Part shown: positions 32,150-34,735 of the stretch, piece after piece | Layout of the letters: every line of letters begins with the position of its first letter | How positions within the stretch are numbered: the first letter of the stretch is position 1 | Assembly (NCBI GenBank): GCA_003614675.1 | Contig: ML002387.1 | Location: forward strand, 1-34,735 | Direction of reading: 5' to 3' | From: Dimargaris cristalligena | Lineage: Eukaryota | DNA length: 34,735 nt | Notes under the pieces: generated by a model | What the model saw: only the letters and a program-made list of their open reading frames with translations | The model's database searches: none | Told to the model about the DNA's origin: nothing | Program-made: the position numbers and the translations under genes

Positions 32150-34449
32150 CTAGTAACAATTCTTTTCATGCCAATTCTTTGGTAGATATTCCTGAGGTAT
32201 GATGCATGCAGGTAGATTTTTTTCCGGTGATAGAAACCTCTTCATTGCCCTGTCTCTTAGGTTGAGATGAAAGGAAAACTTGTATGTGTCGTCAACGGTA
32301 TCGTCGTCAGCAGAAGGCTGCACTTCGGCGTAAGAAAGATCATCACTTTGGATGAAGGCAGACAGTACTAATTGAATTGGATTGCCTTCTTTCGTAAGGC
32401 CAATGGCCATGCTACTAAAAAACTTGAGAGCCCAACATCTTCTATATTCAGGATCAAAGGTGCCGTTCCAAAAATCCCCAAAAGAACGCTCCTCAGGGAA
32501 CAATTCCAGGAAGTGGAGGCCACAATATAATAAGCCTCCTCGGATCTTGATGAGATTGCCCAGTCTGGCAGGAAAATGGTTGGAATGAAAAATTTCCTTG
32601 ACTTGTGAAACCAGATCCTTGTTTTTGTGAACGTAAGCAAACACGAGAAATGAGTAGGCCATATCTCGAATCCATTTAGCGTTTTTGATGACTCGCTCTC
32701 GATTTCCTTGTTTAACTTTAGCTTCTTCCTTGGCAAGTTCTCTGGCGGTTTCTTCGGCAGCTAATCTATTGGCATCTTCGGCAGCTAATCTATCGGCTTC
32801 TTCGGCAGCTAATCTGGCGACTTCTTCGGTAGCTACTCTAGCAGTTTCTTCAGCAGCTACTCTAACGGCCTCATCGGCAGCCAATCTCGTGGCTTCTTCA
32901 GCAGCAACTATTGCATGTTCTTCGAAAGTTAGTCCAACAGCACTATCTACTCCATCGGCTCCATCCGTTGGCTCGTTTGGCTCCGCCCATCGGCCCCATC
33001 GATTAAGTGAACTAAAGCGGCTCCAGAGGCTCCATTGATTGGAACCCGCGGTTCTAGCAGCTACATTGGTATCATCATCATCGACATCATCGGTAGCGAA
33101 ATTGAGATTAGTATTGGCAATGGCATGGACATAGGTATTGGCAATGGTATCATCAGCATCGGCATCGGCATCGGCATCACCAACATCATCAACAGCAGCG
33201 CCACCAGTAGCAACATTGATAATGACATTGTCATGGATATCGATATCAACATTTGTATCATCGTCTTCATAGCCTTTGTCATTGGAATCATCGCCGACAT
33301 TATCACGCATATCTTGGATCAGGGTGTCGACCACTTTTTTGAAAAACCCTATCGCTTCACTATGGCGCTCTGGATGGCGAGAGAGGTTCCACAACCCCGC
33401 TTGGATAATCCGCTTAGCTACACTCGGAAGCAAGAATGTGAGTGGTAGCTTAGTGGACATGTTTTCACGGATGATCAGTTCGGGCCCGAAAGTCATTCCA
33501 CTGCCAGGGCTGTCATAATCCTCGCCATCGTACCAAAGGTGTTTCCACAGAGTAAACAGCTGATTTTGATTGATCCGGGCCACTAGAGGAAACTCGGTAT
33601 TAAGTGTCTCATTAGAAAGTTTAGATAAGTCGATCTTTAGTCGGTGGGTTTCAATAAGATAGGGATTGTATCGATTTAGCATCAAAAACTGATCGTAAAG
33701 ATGGAGTTCACATAGGTTTCTAATATGTCTATCCGTCTGTTGAGGATAATTAGAGGTAACACTTCGCTGGTAATAACCCCCGAGATGGTCCTGAATATAC
33801 TATAGCAATGTATCCCAGGTTTCTAGCAGAGCCAATTTACTCCAGGTGGGGACTAGATCATCCCAGGCTTGCTGGCTGGCATAGACACCCGGGGAGTTAT
33901 TAAGGTGGGTTTCCAAGTTGCCATTTCCCTAGTAATTGTCATCAATGTCAAAGGTAAAGTTAATAATTAGATTCGTGGATATATCAAATGGGGGTAGGAC
34001 CAAACTACGCCTATGTGGTTTATACTATTAGTATAGGTTTTTGTTATTATAGACTACCAGATATTATTTTTCCGGAGTAGTCCCAGTGGATAACACACGA
34101 AGCCATGGATTCCAAAGAGCCGATATATACCACCTGGAGGGACCATTACACTAGCAACAGATATCTCCGCTCCTACAACCAAGAACTGCATATTTACCGT
34201 TTTCTTCCAGGCGGCCAGTGCTATCTGGCCAACTTCAGATCGATCGTTGTAGAGCCTTCTTAAATATGACCAATCCATTTGAGTAAATAACTCTATCTTC
34301 AATTCATTTGGAAGCATTTGGAGATGCCTGTCCAAAGCGGTACTAGTTGACTCAGGAAGGCTGTTGGTTTGCTCAGGTAAGGACACACGGGTATTTGAAG
34401 CTTGGAAAAGGCCGATGGCGAGTGCATAGATACTGACAGCGACTTTTGT
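32150..34449 (-). pseudogene. Lineage-specific gene or pseudogene: signal-peptide-like leader, F-box-like motif, long C-terminal ORF (32150-33685) with Asp-rich tract and 8-aa repeats
   Basis: Leader (T)KVAVSIYALAIGLFQAS has ACA at 34449-47 where ATG would be expected. LQMLPNELKIELFTQMDWSYLRRL is F-box-like. The frame of the 511-aa ORF extends up to ~34024 with two TAG stops (33931-29, 33802-00). Donor GTAAAT at 34197. The downstream ORF is very likely coding-derived; intact versus pseudogene status is unresolved. Confidence 0.6.
32742..32910. repeat. 24-bp coding tandem repeat, ~7 copies (AAEE[A/T]xR[L/V])
   Basis: TCTTCGGCAGCTAATCTA-like units start at 32751, 32775, 32799, 32823, 32847, 32871 and 32895. 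Confidence 0.95.
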
Positions 34450-34735
34450 AGTGCCGTGAGAACGTCGGCTATCAGCCTTCAGTATCCGCCTATCAATCCA
34501 TCTTCCAATGCTTACGTTAACTTGACGGTTATTGAATATTACAATGCTTACGACTGTTTTCTTCTGTTAAATATTAATGATTCCAATTGATATGACGAAT
34601 TTTATGAGAAATCTTTTCCACGCTGTGGCAAGGTGAAGTGTCCCCTTAAATTGCCACAGGTATGCACAATTATTATTTACTTATTATATTTATATATAAG
34701 GTATGAAGTGGCTTTTTTGTCTGGTATATCCAGTT

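Noticed and set aside
32742-32910. Periodic repeat as a CRISPR-like array
   Set aside because: Contiguous in-frame 24-bp coding units with no unique spacers, in a eukaryotic context.
33800-33931. TAG reassignment as an explanation for the in-frame stops
   Set aside because: AOX, the SOD-like gene, gluconokinase and MND1 all terminate at TAG in this window.

Overview
Eukaryotic (fungal) genomic DNA with canonical GT-AG introns. Gene style suggests an early-diverging fungus, possibly a Zoopagomycota mycoparasite (inference only). Genes: ORT1/arg-13-like mitochondrial carrier (2 exons, -); tripeptidyl-peptidase II (4 exons, -); secreted Cu-only-SOD-fold protein lacking all Cu-binding histidines (-); intronless alternative oxidase (+); gluconokinase (-); NAPE-PLD-like metallo-beta-lactamase (+); 8-exon MND1, only fragmentarily seen by the ORF track (-); secreted GH17 glucanase (-); and an apparently damaged signal-peptide/F-box-like gene with an 8-aa repeat (-). 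Best candidate for an undescribed system: a gene-free, highly base-paired ~1.1 kb region at ~10860-11940. It carries CCCTAACCCTAA right after a long stem-loop and inside a long-range helix, the layout of a telomerase RNA; this is unproven. Also notable are the metal-less pseudo-SOD and a ~1.18 kb block with no CpG.
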